Positions 31,315 through 41,828 of a stretch of DNA of 64,000 nt are shown here, piece by piece. Position 1 is the first letter of the stretch; every line of letters starts with the position of its first letter. Both the position numbers and the translations under genes were made by a program. Source of the DNA: an uncultured Ruminococcus sp. (GTDB taxonomy: Bacteria > Bacillota > Clostridia > Oscillospirales > Ruminococcaceae); the NCBI GenBank assembly GCA_947177755.1, contig CAMWVV010000001.1, positions 1,592 to 65,591 on the forward strand, given 5' to 3'. The notes beneath the pieces are model-generated. The model saw nothing but the letters and a program-made list of their open reading frames with translations, had not been told where the DNA came from and did not search any database.

Positions 31315-32259
31315 ATGTATATAGGTTTCAGTGAAGCAGAAACTTTTCTCCGCAACTGTAAGGACGCTGTTATAATTACCCACAGAAATCCCGACGGCGA
31401 CTGTATCGGAGCAGGCTTTGCCATGAAAGATATTCTTGAACAGCTCGGAATAAGAAGCAGGGTAGTATGTCATGACGACTTTCCGAAACGCTATGGATTT
31501 CTTACAGAGGGCGGAGCAGGTGAGGACTTTGAACCGCAGACGATAATTGCCGTTGATGTTGCAGACATCAGACTTATGGGTAAATATCAGGAAATTTATG
31601 GCAGTAAGGTTCAGCTTTGTATAGACCACCATGTTTCAAATAAAAACTATGCCGAGAAAACTCTTCTGAGGGCAGACGCTGCGGCAGCCTGTGAGGTTAT
31701 ATATGACCTTGCGGAATTTATGGGGCTTACTATAACAAAGCACTGTGCGATGTGCCTGTATACAGGAATTGCTACGGATTCGGGCTGTTTCAAGTACGTC
31801 TGCACCACTCCGAGAACGCACGAGATAGCAGCCGATATTATGAAAAGATATGATATTGATTTTGCAAGAATAAACAGGTATATGTTTGATGTGAAGTCGG
31901 TTGGAAGGGTAAAGCTTGAAAGCAGACTGAATGAAATGCTTGAAACATATCTTGACGGCAGACTTTGTATTATCGCTGTTACAAGAGATATTATGTCTGA
32001 ACTTGGTATCAGCGACGAAGAACTTGAAGGATTTGCACCGCTTACAATTCAGTATGAAAATGCTGAAGTAGGAATTTTTATACGTCAGCGTGCAGACGAT
32101 TATAAATGTTCGTTCCGTTCGGCAGACATTGTGAATGTTTCGGAAATATGCGAAACACTCGGCGGTGGTGGTCATGCAAAAGCTGCCGGCTGTAATATGT
32201 CGGGAAATCTTGACGATATAAAGAAACAGCTTGTTGAGGCGGTTAGTAAAGCAATATGA
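31315..32259 (+). CDS. nrnA: DHH/DHHA1 oligoribonuclease/PAP phosphatase
   Basis: THRNPDGDC, IDHH, GIATDSG, SFRS, GGGGHAKAAG. Confidence 0.9.
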   Translation: MYIGFSEAETFLRNCKDAVIITHRNPDGDCIGAGFAMKDILEQLGIRSRVVCHDDFPKRYGFLTEGGAGEDFEPQTIIAVDVADIRLMGKYQEIYGSKVQLCIDHHVSNKNYAEKTLLRADAAAACEVIYDLAEFMGLTITKHCAMCLYTGIATDSGCFKYVCTTPRTHEIAADIMKRYDIDFARINRYMFDVKSVGRVKLESRLNEMLETYLDGRLCIIAVTRDIMSELGISDEELEGFAPLTIQYENAEVGIFIRQRADDYKCSFRSADIVNVSEICETLGGGGHAKAAGCNMSGNLDDIKKQLVEAVSKAI

Positions 32260-33149
32260 TGAACGGTATGATAGGCATAAACAAGCCAAAGGGTTTTACT
32301 TCATTTGACGTTATCGCCAAATTAAGAGGCATACTTAAAATAAAACGTCTCGGTCACAGCGGTACTCTCGACCCTATGGCAACGGGTGTACTGCCTGTTT
32401 TTGTCGGCAATGCAACAAAAGCCTGTGACATGGTTAAGGGCTTTAAAACCTATGTGGCGGACTTTAAGTTCGGACAGACTACAGATACACAGGATATTAC
32501 AGGAAAAGTTTTAACAATGTCCAACAAGGCTGTAACGCTGAAAGAACTGAAAGAAGTTATTCCCGAATTTACGGGGAAAATCATGCAGTTACCGCCCATG
32601 TATTCCGCAGTACAGGTAAACGGCAGACGTCTGTATGACCTTGCAAGGCAGGGAATTGAAGTCGAGAGAAAACCACGTGAAATTGAAATAAAAAATATTA
32701 AGTTATGGCAATATGATGAGAAGTCACGCACGGGAATAATGGAAATAATATGCGGAAAAGGCACTTATATACGCACGATAATTAACGACATCGGCGAAAA
32801 ACTCGGCTGTGGCGGAGTTATGACGGCACTTGAAAGAACAGCCGACGGCGGTTTTTTTATTGCTGACTGTTACACTCTCGAACAGATACAGACGGCAAAG
32901 GACGAAAACTGTCTTGAAAAGCTGATAATCCCTATAGAATACGCCTTTAAAAATCTTGACAGAATCCGTCTCAATGAGGTGCAGACGAGAATGTATAAAA
33001 ACGGCGTAAAACTCGATTTGGCGAGAATCAATAACATAAAATCAGACATCAGGGACTATGCGGTTTACGGATATGATAATAATTTTATCGGTACAGCCAT
33101 AGCAGAACATGAAAACGGCGTGTTGCGTGTGGGAAAGAATCTTGTGTGA
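32256..33149 (+). CDS. truB: tRNA pseudouridine-55 synthase
   Basis: GHSGTLDPMATGVL, QLPPMYSAVQVNG.RLY.LARQG, GTYIRT. Confidence 0.96.
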   Translation: MMNGMIGINKPKGFTSFDVIAKLRGILKIKRLGHSGTLDPMATGVLPVFVGNATKACDMVKGFKTYVADFKFGQTTDTQDITGKVLTMSNKAVTLKELKEVIPEFTGKIMQLPPMYSAVQVNGRRLYDLARQGIEVERKPREIEIKNIKLWQYDEKSRTGIMEIICGKGTYIRTIINDIGEKLGCGGVMTALERTADGGFFIADCYTLEQIQTAKDENCLEKLIIPIEYAFKNLDRIRLNEVQTRMYKNGVKLDLARINNIKSDIRDYAVYGYDNNFIGTAIAEHENGVLRVGKNLV

Positions 33150-33158
33150 GGTGATATA

Positions 33159-34055
33159 ATGGAAATAAAAAGAAGTGCGGTTGCACTTGGTCTTTTCGAC
33201 GGCGTACATCTCGGACACCGTGCCGTGCTTGACCTTGCACTTGAACAGGAAAAAAATGCTCTCACTCCTGCTGTATTTACGTTTAATCCGTCGGCTGTAC
33301 TCCGCAAGACAAGTGGTCAGGACGGCTATATATATAACTATACGCAGAAATTTGAGATTCTTAAAAAGCTCGGATTTTCGGGCAGAAATATTCATTTCGT
33401 GGATTTTGATGATGTCTGTGGACTTACAGGTGAGGAATTTTGTGAAAATATTTTAAAAAACAGATTTCTTAATGCAGAAATAGTATGTTGCGGAAATGAT
33501 TTCAGATTCGGTAAAAACGCCTCGTGCGGTGTTGAGGATTTAAAGAATTTCGGCAGGAAGTACGGTTTTGAGGTCCAGACAGCTGACGACATAAAAACTG
33601 ACTGTATTACTGTATCTTCGGGAGAAATACGTCGTTGTCTTGTAAATGGTGAAATCGAAAGGGCGAATACTCTTTTAGGTATGTCGTATAAATTTCTGGG
33701 TAAAGTTATTCACGGAAACGAAATAGGAAGAACAATAGATTTTCCGACGATAAATCAGGAATATTCTGACGGACAGCTTGTCCTTAAATACGGCGTATAT
33801 CAGACCGTGACGGATATTGACGGCGTAAAATATAAGTCAATAACTAATGTCGGAGTAAAGCCGACTATAAAAGGCGAGAGAAAACCTCTTGCGGAAACGC
33901 ATATACTTGACTTTTCAGGTGACCTTTATAATAAAATTGTTTCGGTTGAGTTTCATAAATTTATCCGTCCCGAAATGAAATTTTCGTCTGTTGACGAGCT
34001 GAAAAGTCAGATTTCAAGGGATATTTCTCAGGTTGGTTCGCTTCTCAAAGATTAA
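33159..34055 (+). CDS. ribF: Bifunctional riboflavin kinase/FAD synthetase
   Basis: LG.FDGVHLGH, G.DFRFG, VSSGEIR, GRTIDFPTIN, NVGVKPT, ETHILDF. Confidence 0.95.
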   Translation: MEIKRSAVALGLFDGVHLGHRAVLDLALEQEKNALTPAVFTFNPSAVLRKTSGQDGYIYNYTQKFEILKKLGFSGRNIHFVDFDDVCGLTGEEFCENILKNRFLNAEIVCCGNDFRFGKNASCGVEDLKNFGRKYGFEVQTADDIKTDCITVSSGEIRRCLVNGEIERANTLLGMSYKFLGKVIHGNEIGRTIDFPTINQEYSDGQLVLKYGVYQTVTDIDGVKYKSITNVGVKPTIKGERKPLAETHILDFSGDLYNKIVSVEFHKFIRPEMKFSSVDELKSQISRDISQVGSLLKD

Positions 34056-34158
34056 TATAATATTCGCAGTGTTTTCACTTCATTATCACAAAAAAAGTAT
34101 ATCATTGTAATATCTGAAATCAACAGCTGTCAACGAACTGTTTCAGGGAGGGAATTTA

Positions 34159-35208
34159 ATGATAGAGGTTAAGAACCTTAGTAAAAAATACGGCGACAAG
34201 CAAGCCGTGAAAAACATCAGCTTTAAAGTGGAGCAGGGCGAAATTCTCGGCTTTCTCGGTCCTAACGGTGCAGGAAAGTCCACAACCATGAATATGCTTA
34301 CTGGTTATATTTCGTCAACTTCGGGACAGATACTTGTCAACGGAACAGATATATTTGAAGACCCGAAAAAAGCAAAGTCCTTTATAGGTTATCTGCCCGA
34401 AATTCCGCCTCTTTATATCGATATGACGATTGAGTCCTATCTTAATTTTGTATATGATTTGAAGAAATGCAAACTTCCGAGAAAAGCTCATCTTAAAGAT
34501 GTGTGCGACTTATGCAAGATTACAGACGTAAGAGGGCGTATAATAAAGAATCTTTCAAAGGGTTATCGTCAGAGAGTGGGACTGGCACAGGCTCTTATAA
34601 ACAATCCGCCTGTACTTATTCTTGACGAGCCGACTGTGGGACTTGACCCGAATCAGATTATTGAAATCAGAAGCCTTATCAAAAAACTCGGCAAACGTCA
34701 TACTGTTATACTTTCGTCACACATTCTTCCCGAAATTCAGGCGGTATGTGACAGAATTATTATAATAAACAAGGGCGAAGTTGCCGCAGACGGTACGGCT
34801 GACGAAATCGCAAAACAGCTTACAAACGAACACAAGATGACTGTCCGCATAGAAGGTACTTCAAAGACTTCCGCCGACAAGGACGAAATTGTAAAAGCCA
34901 TTAAATCACTCAAAGGTATAAAATATGTGCGTGCTGACATGGAGCGTGAAAAAGGCATTTATGATTATGACGTTGAGGCGGACGAAAAAACTGATGTAAG
35001 ACGTTCACTCAACGACCTATGCCGTAAAAAAGGCTGGAATATACTTATGCTTCAGCTTTCAGACCTTACTCTTGAGGATATTTTTCTTAAAATCACTATG
35101 GGTGAAAATGATGTCAAGGTCAGTGAGGACAAACCACGTATACGTGTGGAGCTTAACAGCGTAAGCAGTGATACGGCAGAAGATGACGAAAACGGAGGTA
35201 ACGACTAA
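34159..35208 (+). CDS. ABC transporter ATP-binding protein (GldA-like)
   Basis: GPNGAGKSTT, LSKGYRQRVGLAQAL, LILDEPTVGLDP, SSHIL. Confidence 0.92.
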   Translation: MIEVKNLSKKYGDKQAVKNISFKVEQGEILGFLGPNGAGKSTTMNMLTGYISSTSGQILVNGTDIFEDPKKAKSFIGYLPEIPPLYIDMTIESYLNFVYDLKKCKLPRKAHLKDVCDLCKITDVRGRIIKNLSKGYRQRVGLAQALINNPPVLILDEPTVGLDPNQIIEIRSLIKKLGKRHTVILSSHILPEIQAVCDRIIIINKGEVAADGTADEIAKQLTNEHKMTVRIEGTSKTSADKDEIVKAIKSLKGIKYVRADMEREKGIYDYDVEADEKTDVRRSLNDLCRKKGWNILMLQLSDLTLEDIFLKITMGENDVKVSEDKPRIRVELNSVSSDTAEDDENGGND

Positions 35209-35912
35209 TGGGTGCAATTTACAGACGTGAAATGAATGCCTTTTTTATATCGGGTGTAGCTTATGTATTTCTTTCGGTATTCTATCTCCTTTCTGGATAT
35301 TTCTTTTATGCATATGTAATAGGTTCGGGCAGGACAGACACTTCACCGATGTTCAGCAGTATGTTTATAATAATACTGTTTCTTATACCTATTCTCACTA
35401 TGCGGCTTCTCAGTGAGGAAAAGAAAAACAAGACAGACCAGGGATTACTGACCGCCCCCGTCGGATTGTGGGATATAGTTTTAGGAAAGTACTTCGCCGC
35501 ACTTACTCTCTTTATAATTGCAGAAAGCGTAGTGTTTATTTATTCGGGAATACTTGCATATCTCGGCGATGTTGTATGGCCGACCCTTATCGGAAACTAT
35601 TTTGCAATGCTGTTTCTCGGTTCTGCATTTATTGCGGTAGGTCTTTTTATTTCGTCCCTTACGGAAAACCAGATGGCTTCCGCTGTTGCAAGTATGCTTG
35701 CACTTTTCGTACTTTATCTTTTTGACTCTTTCGCTATGAATATATCAAATGAATATATCAGCAAGGTTATAACTTCTCTTTCATTCTATTCAAGATATAT
35801 TGAATTTACACAGGGAATTTTCAGTCTTCCGAGTGTTGTGTTTTTCCTTAGTGTTGCATTTATCTTTAATTTCTTCACTGTGAGGGTTCTCGACAAGAGA
35901 CGCTGGGGATAA
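35208..35912 (+). CDS. ABC-2 permease (GldF-like)
   Basis: PILTMRLLSEEKKNKTDQGLLTAP...IVLGKY, SSLTENQ, RVLDKRRW. Confidence 0.88.
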   Translation: MGAIYRREMNAFFISGVAYVFLSVFYLLSGYFFYAYVIGSGRTDTSPMFSSMFIIILFLIPILTMRLLSEEKKNKTDQGLLTAPVGLWDIVLGKYFAALTLFIIAESVVFIYSGILAYLGDVVWPTLIGNYFAMLFLGSAFIAVGLFISSLTENQMASAVASMLALFVLYLFDSFAMNISNEYISKVITSLSFYSRYIEFTQGIFSLPSVVFFLSVAFIFNFFTVRVLDKRRWG

Positions 35913-35938
35913 TAATACGGAAAGAGAGGTATTTTCAG

Positions 35939-37522
35939 ATGAGTAACAAAGAAGTTTCAAAAACAACAGAAACCAAACCCAAGAAAAATTTAAAAAAATT
36001 CAAGTACGGCTCAATGTCCGTAGTGGTGATAGTGCTTGTTATTGTACTGGTTATAATAGTTAATCTTATATGCAGTATGATTTCAAAGCGTTCACCGATT
36101 AAAATTGACCTTACTTCCGACAAGAGGTATGAACTCAGTGACGAATCCGTTGAAGCAATAAAGAATCTCAAGGGTGATGTTGAAATTACCGTAACTTTTC
36201 CGAAAAGCGATTTTACTTCCATGGGAAGTTACTATCAGCAGATGTATGCCGCATATTACGGAATAAACGTTGAAACGCCATATGAAATGATACCGTCTAT
36301 TCTTGAAAACTACGAGATGTACGCAAAGCAGGGAGAGGGCAGTATCAAGGTACAGTATGTTGACATGAACAAAGACCCCGATATTATTACGAAATACAGA
36401 AAATTCTATAATAATGACATTCCGGAAGGAAGTATTGTTGTATTTTCAGGAAATGAAGATAACGGCAGGGTAAAGGTTATCAGTCAGGAAGAAATTGTAG
36501 GAATGATTCAGCCCTCCAATACAAGTACACAGACTGCTGTTACAATGAGTTTTGTGGGTGAAAGTACTTTCACTTCTGCAATTCTCAACGTTACCGATTC
36601 AAATCCCATAAAGACGGCTGTTGCTTCCATGATGAACGGTACTTCAATAACAGGACAGGGTTATGAATCAATAACTTCAGAACTTATAGAGTTTCTCGGA
36701 AAGAACGGTTATGACTGTACAGAAATTGACATTGCATCAGATGAGCTTAATCCCGATGATTATGACTTTGTTGTAGTACCTATGCCGTCCGTTGATTTCA
36801 GTGCGGACATTATCGGCAAACTTGGTGATTTCCTCTATAACGGCGGAAACTATGAGCGTAATATGCTCTACATTCCTAATCTTTATGTAAGTGAACTGCC
36901 GAATATTTCGGAGTTTCTCGCAGACTGGAGTATTCAGGTAAAGGAAAGTGCGGTGCTTGACGATACAAACTGGGTTGAAACATATATGGGATTCAACCAG
37001 AATGTAAATATAAAGCTTGAAATAAGTGATGCTGATTCTGTCGGAAGTCTTCCTAATGATAGTCTTCCTGTTATTGCTCCGGCGACAAGAAAGCTTTCCG
37101 TTCTTACAAAGAACAATGACAGTGTTGCAACTGCCGTACTGAAAACAATGGATACATCATATGACCAGGACAACAGCGAAAAGGGTGCAAGAGATGCGGC
37201 AATCATCTCCAAAAAGGAAACAAGCATAGGACTTGATACTTACACAAGTCATCTTCTTGTTTTCGGCAGTTCTTTCATGACATACAGTACACTTTTAACG
37301 CAGACAAACACATTCAACAATGCAAATGTAGTTATTGGTATGCTCAATACAATGACAGGCAAGGAGACATCTGCCGTTATTCCTGAAAAGGCACTCCAGC
37401 AGTCTCTTATTGCTCCTACAGCACATGAAATGAATATAATAAAGGTATTTGCTATCTATGTTATTCCTGCTGTGGTTGCAGTTATAGGAGTATGTGTATT
37501 TGTAAGGAGAAAGAACCGATGA
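35939..37522 (+). CDS. GldG-family ABC accessory protein
   Basis: N-terminal TM, IDLTSDKRYELS, GES.FTSAI, C-terminal TM plus RRK. Confidence 0.8.
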   Translation: MSNKEVSKTTETKPKKNLKKFKYGSMSVVVIVLVIVLVIIVNLICSMISKRSPIKIDLTSDKRYELSDESVEAIKNLKGDVEITVTFPKSDFTSMGSYYQQMYAAYYGINVETPYEMIPSILENYEMYAKQGEGSIKVQYVDMNKDPDIITKYRKFYNNDIPEGSIVVFSGNEDNGRVKVISQEEIVGMIQPSNTSTQTAVTMSFVGESTFTSAILNVTDSNPIKTAVASMMNGTSITGQGYESITSELIEFLGKNGYDCTEIDIASDELNPDDYDFVVVPMPSVDFSADIIGKLGDFLYNGGNYERNMLYIPNLYVSELPNISEFLADWSIQVKESAVLDDTNWVETYMGFNQNVNIKLEISDADSVGSLPNDSLPVIAPATRKLSVLTKNNDSVATAVLKTMDTSYDQDNSEKGARDAAIISKKETSIGLDTYTSHLLVFGSSFMTYSTLLTQTNTFNNANVVIGMLNTMTGKETSAVIPEKALQQSLIAPTAHEMNIIKVFAIYVIPAVVAVIGVCVFVRRKNR

Positions 37523-39045
37523 ACAAGACTGCTAAAAGTATTATAGGACTTGGTGCGGCGGTTATTGTTCTCGGCGGAGGTCTTGCCGCTCTCATGCTTA
37601 CCGAACCGAAAGACAAGGAGAATGAAGAAAATTCTGTTTCGTCGTCGGAAGAATCATCTGTAACGGAAGGTGCGGGAATAGTTCTCATTCAGGACGAAAA
37701 GGCAGGAGAATCTAAAAGCGTCGTAAAGGAAGTTACCGTAAAAAATACGGACGAAACACTTCATGTCGTCATGGACAAAGCACCTACAGATGAATCAGCC
37801 GCAACTTATAAACTTGACGGTTACAGTGATATTCCGATTAATACCGCTCTTGTCAGCACTCTTGCCAATAACGCCGTAAACATGGTTACTAATTCTGTTA
37901 TTGATGAGAACTGTGAAAATCTTTCAAAGTTCGGTCTGGACAATCCGCAGGCGGAAGTTGAGGTTAAATTTCAGACGGGAACTATAAGAAAGCTCATGGT
38001 GGGCGACAAAGCTCCTGCCAACTCTGAAACATATGTGATGATTGACGGTGAAAATACCGTTTATACCGTTTCTACTTCATATATCGCAAACTACAGCAAG
38101 ATTCTTACGGATTTTGTGGATATGGTTATTCTGGAAGAACCGTCGGAAGATGATTACCCAAAAATAAACAGTCTGAAAATCGAGCGTGAAGATATTGACT
38201 ATAATATTCTTCTTGAATACGACAAGAGCAGTGACGACGGCAAATATTCGGGCGGTACTTCCGCAACTCATGTCATGGTTGAACCCACCGACGCTTATCT
38301 TACCGTTGAGCGTTCGGAAGATATTACAAACGGTATGTTTGGCTTACGTGCAGAGGGGATATATTCCATTCACTGCAAAGATTCCGATATTGCGGAGGCA
38401 GGTCTTAAAGAACCTTTCTGTACCGTAACTATGGACTGCGATGATGGCAATAAATATGTACTTCTTATGAGTGAGCCTTTCACAGACGACAATAATAAAA
38501 AATGTTGTTATGTCATGTTTGAGGACAGCAATATAATTTATATTGTCGATACCGAAAACGCCAAATGGAGTACTGTTCTTCCGATTGACATAACGTCAAG
38601 AATAATGGTAGGTTCTTATGTGTGGAACATAACAGACCTTACTGTAAATTGCAGTGACGGAACTTCCGAGAAGTTTGTAATTGAAGCAAAGGACAAAAAT
38701 GCAGACAATACAAAAGCAGAAGATTTTAATGTCACAAGAAATGACACTGCTTTTAACAGCGAACGTTACAGACAGTTTTATGGTTTCCTTATAAACGCAG
38801 CGGCAGAAGAATTTGCATTAGGTGAGAAAATTCCCGACAGTGAGCCTGTTGTGACCGTTGAATACAGTGATTCCTACACCAAAAAGAAAACAAAGCTTGA
38901 ATTTTATGAATATTCAAATCTTACCGCACTTATCGCCGTAAACGGTGAAAGCAAGTATTTCTGTGCAAAGTCATATGTTGACACTCTTATTGAAAATATT
39001 AAACGGATTGAAACAGGGGAGGATTATATCACAACCTGGAAATAA
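37519..39045 (+). CDS. DUF4340-like extracellular protein
   Basis: N-terminal TM, LSKFGLDNP, L.VGDKAP...YVM pattern in repeated domains; position after GldG. Confidence 0.7.
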   Translation: MNKTAKSIIGLGAAVIVLGGGLAALMLTEPKDKENEENSVSSSEESSVTEGAGIVLIQDEKAGESKSVVKEVTVKNTDETLHVVMDKAPTDESAATYKLDGYSDIPINTALVSTLANNAVNMVTNSVIDENCENLSKFGLDNPQAEVEVKFQTGTIRKLMVGDKAPANSETYVMIDGENTVYTVSTSYIANYSKILTDFVDMVILEEPSEDDYPKINSLKIEREDIDYNILLEYDKSSDDGKYSGGTSATHVMVEPTDAYLTVERSEDITNGMFGLRAEGIYSIHCKDSDIAEAGLKEPFCTVTMDCDDGNKYVLLMSEPFTDDNNKKCCYVMFEDSNIIYIVDTENAKWSTVLPIDITSRIMVGSYVWNITDLTVNCSDGTSEKFVIEAKDKNADNTKAEDFNVTRNDTAFNSERYRQFYGFLINAAAEEFALGEKIPDSEPVVTVEYSDSYTKKKTKLEFYEYSNLTALIAVNGESKYFCAKSYVDTLIENIKRIETGEDYITTWK

Positions 39046-39071
39046 CAAACAACAATAAAGGAGGATATTAA

Positions 39072-39356
39072 ATGAACGAAAAATTTTACACCTATAAGGG
39101 CTATCCGCTTGTGAGAAGCAAAAACACTATTTATTACGGTTATATGTCCGACCAATATGTAATTATGATTCAGATTCTTGCAACTAAAAAAATCGGTGAT
39201 TCCGATGTTGCAAGTAAGGTAAGAGTAGTTCAGATGTCCACTGACCTGACATTAGACCCCTTGAAAGCCTGTATAAAAAATACGGAGCGTGAGTGCGGAC
39301 TTTATGAAGCACTTGACATTGCAAGGGTATGGCTTGAAAAGTCTCTGAAAAAATAA
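39072..39356 (+). CDS. Small conserved hypothetical protein
   Basis: GAGG SD; YKGYPLVRS...IYYG.M...Y pattern familiar from clostridial hypotheticals. Confidence 0.75.
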   Translation: MNEKFYTYKGYPLVRSKNTIYYGYMSDQYVIMIQILATKKIGDSDVASKVRVVQMSTDLTLDPLKACIKNTERECGLYEALDIARVWLEKSLKK

Positions 39357-39399
39357 AAAATAACTGCTGTACAGTCATTGATTGTACAGCAGTTTTTTT
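39355..39399. terminator. Bidirectional terminator
   Basis: AACTGCTGTACA/TGTACAGCAGTT stem with flanking A and T runs. Confidence 0.8.
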
Positions 39400-39400
39400 A

Positions 39401-41782
39401 TCAGCCGAGAATAACAGTTATTTCGTTAATATCTGAAAGTCTGTCAGCAGGAATATAATTGTTTTCAAGCTTTTCACCGTTTAAAATAACTTCCTTTACA
39501 CCTGATTCAACGTGTGCGGAGTTGTCAACGGTAATGTTTAATTTTTTGCCTCTGAAATTCTTTTCAATTTTAAAGCCGTCCCATTCTGACGGTATTGACG
39601 GGGAAATTGCAAGTCCTTTCATATCGGGACGCATACCGCATATACCCTCAACACAGCCGACCATTACAGTTGATGCCGTACCTGTCAGCCAGTGAACATG
39701 AGAACGTCCCTCATAAGATGATGCTCTTGACTCTGTAAACTGTCCATGAACATAAGGCTCCATGACACGAATTTCTGCTTTGTTGTTCATTGCGGCAGGC
39801 GAACTTTCCATGAAGTACTCAAACGCACGGTTTCCATGTCCCAGAAGTGCTTCTGCGAGAATAAGCCAGCCCTGCGACTGTGAGAAGATACCGCCGTTTT
39901 CCTTAGTATCGTCGTTGAAGATGTGCATTAACGCACCGTCGAAATAGTGTTTTTTGTACGGAGGGTCAAGGAGTTTTGCACCATAAGGAGTATTGAGAAG
40001 TTCGTGAACACTGTTCATAGCCTTTTCAGACTGTTCAGCAGTTGCGAATTTTGAAATTACACTCCATGACTGCGGATTCAGCCACATATTAGCTTCAGGG
40101 TCTTTCTTTGCTCCGACAAGTATGCCGTCCTCACGGATTCCACGGATAAATCTGTCATCGTCCCAGCACTTTTCGAGGGTATTGGCAAGTTTTTTCTGAA
40201 CGTCGTCAATATAAGTGATATAGTCGGTATCATTCTTGGACTTTGCCATGTCTTTAATAACGCTCATTGCATAGTAAAGCTGGAACGCCACAAAAGTAGA
40301 TTCACCTTTTGCACCGAGACGGAGACAGTCATTCCAGTCAGCATGGAGACCTGCGGGCATATCGTGGTCACCAAGATGATTCATTGAAAATTCAATAGCT
40401 TTCTTTAAGTGGTTGTAAACTGTATCTTCACCGCCGTTTGCATATACAATTACTTCGTCAAGGAATTTTTCATTGCCCGATTCACCGAGATACTTGACAA
40501 TAGTTGGGAAAAGCCACAGTGCGTCGTCCGCACGGTATGACGGGTGACCTGTTTCCTTTACATATTCGGGGTCATCGGGGGTATTTTCGTGACCTGCATT
40601 GTGCGTGAACTTTACAAGCGGAAGTCCTCCGCCGTTGTCTACCTGTGCTGACAGCATGAAGCGGATTTTTTCACACGCTAATTCGGGGTCGAGGTGAATA
40701 ATGCCCTGAATGTCCTGAACAGTATCACGGTAACCGTAGCCGTTACGCAGACCGCAGTAAACGAAAGATGCAGCTCTTGACCATATGAATGTTATGAAAC
40801 ACTGGTAAGCGTTCCAGACGTTAATCATATTGTTGAACTCTTCCGACGGTGTTTCAACCTTGAAATTTGAAAGCTGACCATGCCAGTAGTTTTTAAGTTC
40901 GGCAATTTCAGCGTCAACTTTGCCCGACTGTCTGTATTCGTTCAGAATTTCGTCTGCCTGCTCGTTGTCACGCTGTCCGAGAATATAGACAAGTTCAATA
41001 GTTTCGCCCGATTTAAGTGTAATATCGGACTGCAACGCACCGCATGAATTTGAATTGTAGTTCATGACATTACTGCACTTTCCTGTCTCAACGGCAACAG
41101 GATTTGAATATGTTCTGTAACTGCCTATGAAGTCCGAAAGATTACCGCATGAAGCTGTAATGTCCGCACCGACCATGCCGAAAAATCTGTTTCTGCGGTC
41201 TTTCTCACTGTTTCCGCTGATAGTCTGTAAAATTTTATTATCTTTAAATTCCGTCTGGGAAATAAACAGTGAATACTGTAAATTTACCTGATCCTGTTCA
41301 TAGTTGTCTTCGTTTGTGAACTCTACAAAACCGAAAGCGGAAAGATTCCTGTCATGGTCGCTGTTGTTTGTGATTTTTGCACGCCATACTTCGTATGTCT
41401 TGCCATATGGAACATAATAGGTTACTTCGGACTTTATTTCTGCATATTCTGCGGAAATAACCGTATACGCTGTGCCGTGTCTGCATTCGGATTTATACTT
41501 GTCCAGCGGTTTTCCCACAGGCTGCCATGATGCAGACCAGTAATCATTTGTTTCGTTGTCACGTATATAGATATAACGTCCGGGGAGTGCCATTTCCGAA
41601 TTGAAACGGAAACGTGTTATTCTGCCGTTTGCTCCCGATTTCACAAAGCTGTAGCCTGCTGCGTTGTTTGAAATCATTGCACCGTATTCAGGGTCGCCGA
41701 GATAGTTTGCCCATGGTGCAGGGGTTGCGGGGTTGGTGATTACGTATTCTTTGTTTTGAAGGTCAAAGTGTCCGTACTGCAT
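39401..41782 (-). CDS. GH94 glycoside phosphorylase (cellodextrin phosphorylase-like)
   Basis: TPAPWANYLG, GYRDTVQD, DWNDCLRLG, ENGGIFS, HWLTGTA; exact substrate uncertain. Confidence 0.88.
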   Translation of the reverse strand: MQYGHFDLQNKEYVITNPATPAPWANYLGDPEYGAMISNNAAGYSFVKSGANGRITRFRFNSEMALPGRYIYIRDNETNDYWSASWQPVGKPLDKYKSECRHGTAYTVISAEYAEIKSEVTYYVPYGKTYEVWRAKITNNSDHDRNLSAFGFVEFTNEDNYEQDQVNLQYSLFISQTEFKDNKILQTISGNSEKDRRNRFFGMVGADITASCGNLSDFIGSYRTYSNPVAVETGKCSNVMNYNSNSCGALQSDITLKSGETIELVYILGQRDNEQADEILNEYRQSGKVDAEIAELKNYWHGQLSNFKVETPSEEFNNMINVWNAYQCFITFIWSRAASFVYCGLRNGYGYRDTVQDIQGIIHLDPELACEKIRFMLSAQVDNGGGLPLVKFTHNAGHENTPDDPEYVKETGHPSYRADDALWLFPTIVKYLGESGNEKFLDEVIVYANGGEDTVYNHLKKAIEFSMNHLGDHDMPAGLHADWNDCLRLGAKGESTFVAFQLYYAMSVIKDMAKSKNDTDYITYIDDVQKKLANTLEKCWDDDRFIRGIREDGILVGAKKDPEANMWLNPQSWSVISKFATAEQSEKAMNSVHELLNTPYGAKLLDPPYKKHYFDGALMHIFNDDTKENGGIFSQSQGWLILAEALLGHGNRAFEYFMESSPAAMNNKAEIRVMEPYVHGQFTESRASSYEGRSHVHWLTGTASTVMVGCVEGICGMRPDMKGLAISPSIPSEWDGFKIEKNFRGKKLNITVDNSAHVESGVKEVILNGEKLENNYIPADRLSDINEITVILG

Positions 41783-41828
41783 ATTTTTTATTCTCCTTTT
41801 CTGCCGTTTACGGCATAATTTTTAATTA

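Noticed and set aside
31636-32289. 217-aa antisense ORF
   Set aside because: Shadow of nrnA with no SD or motifs
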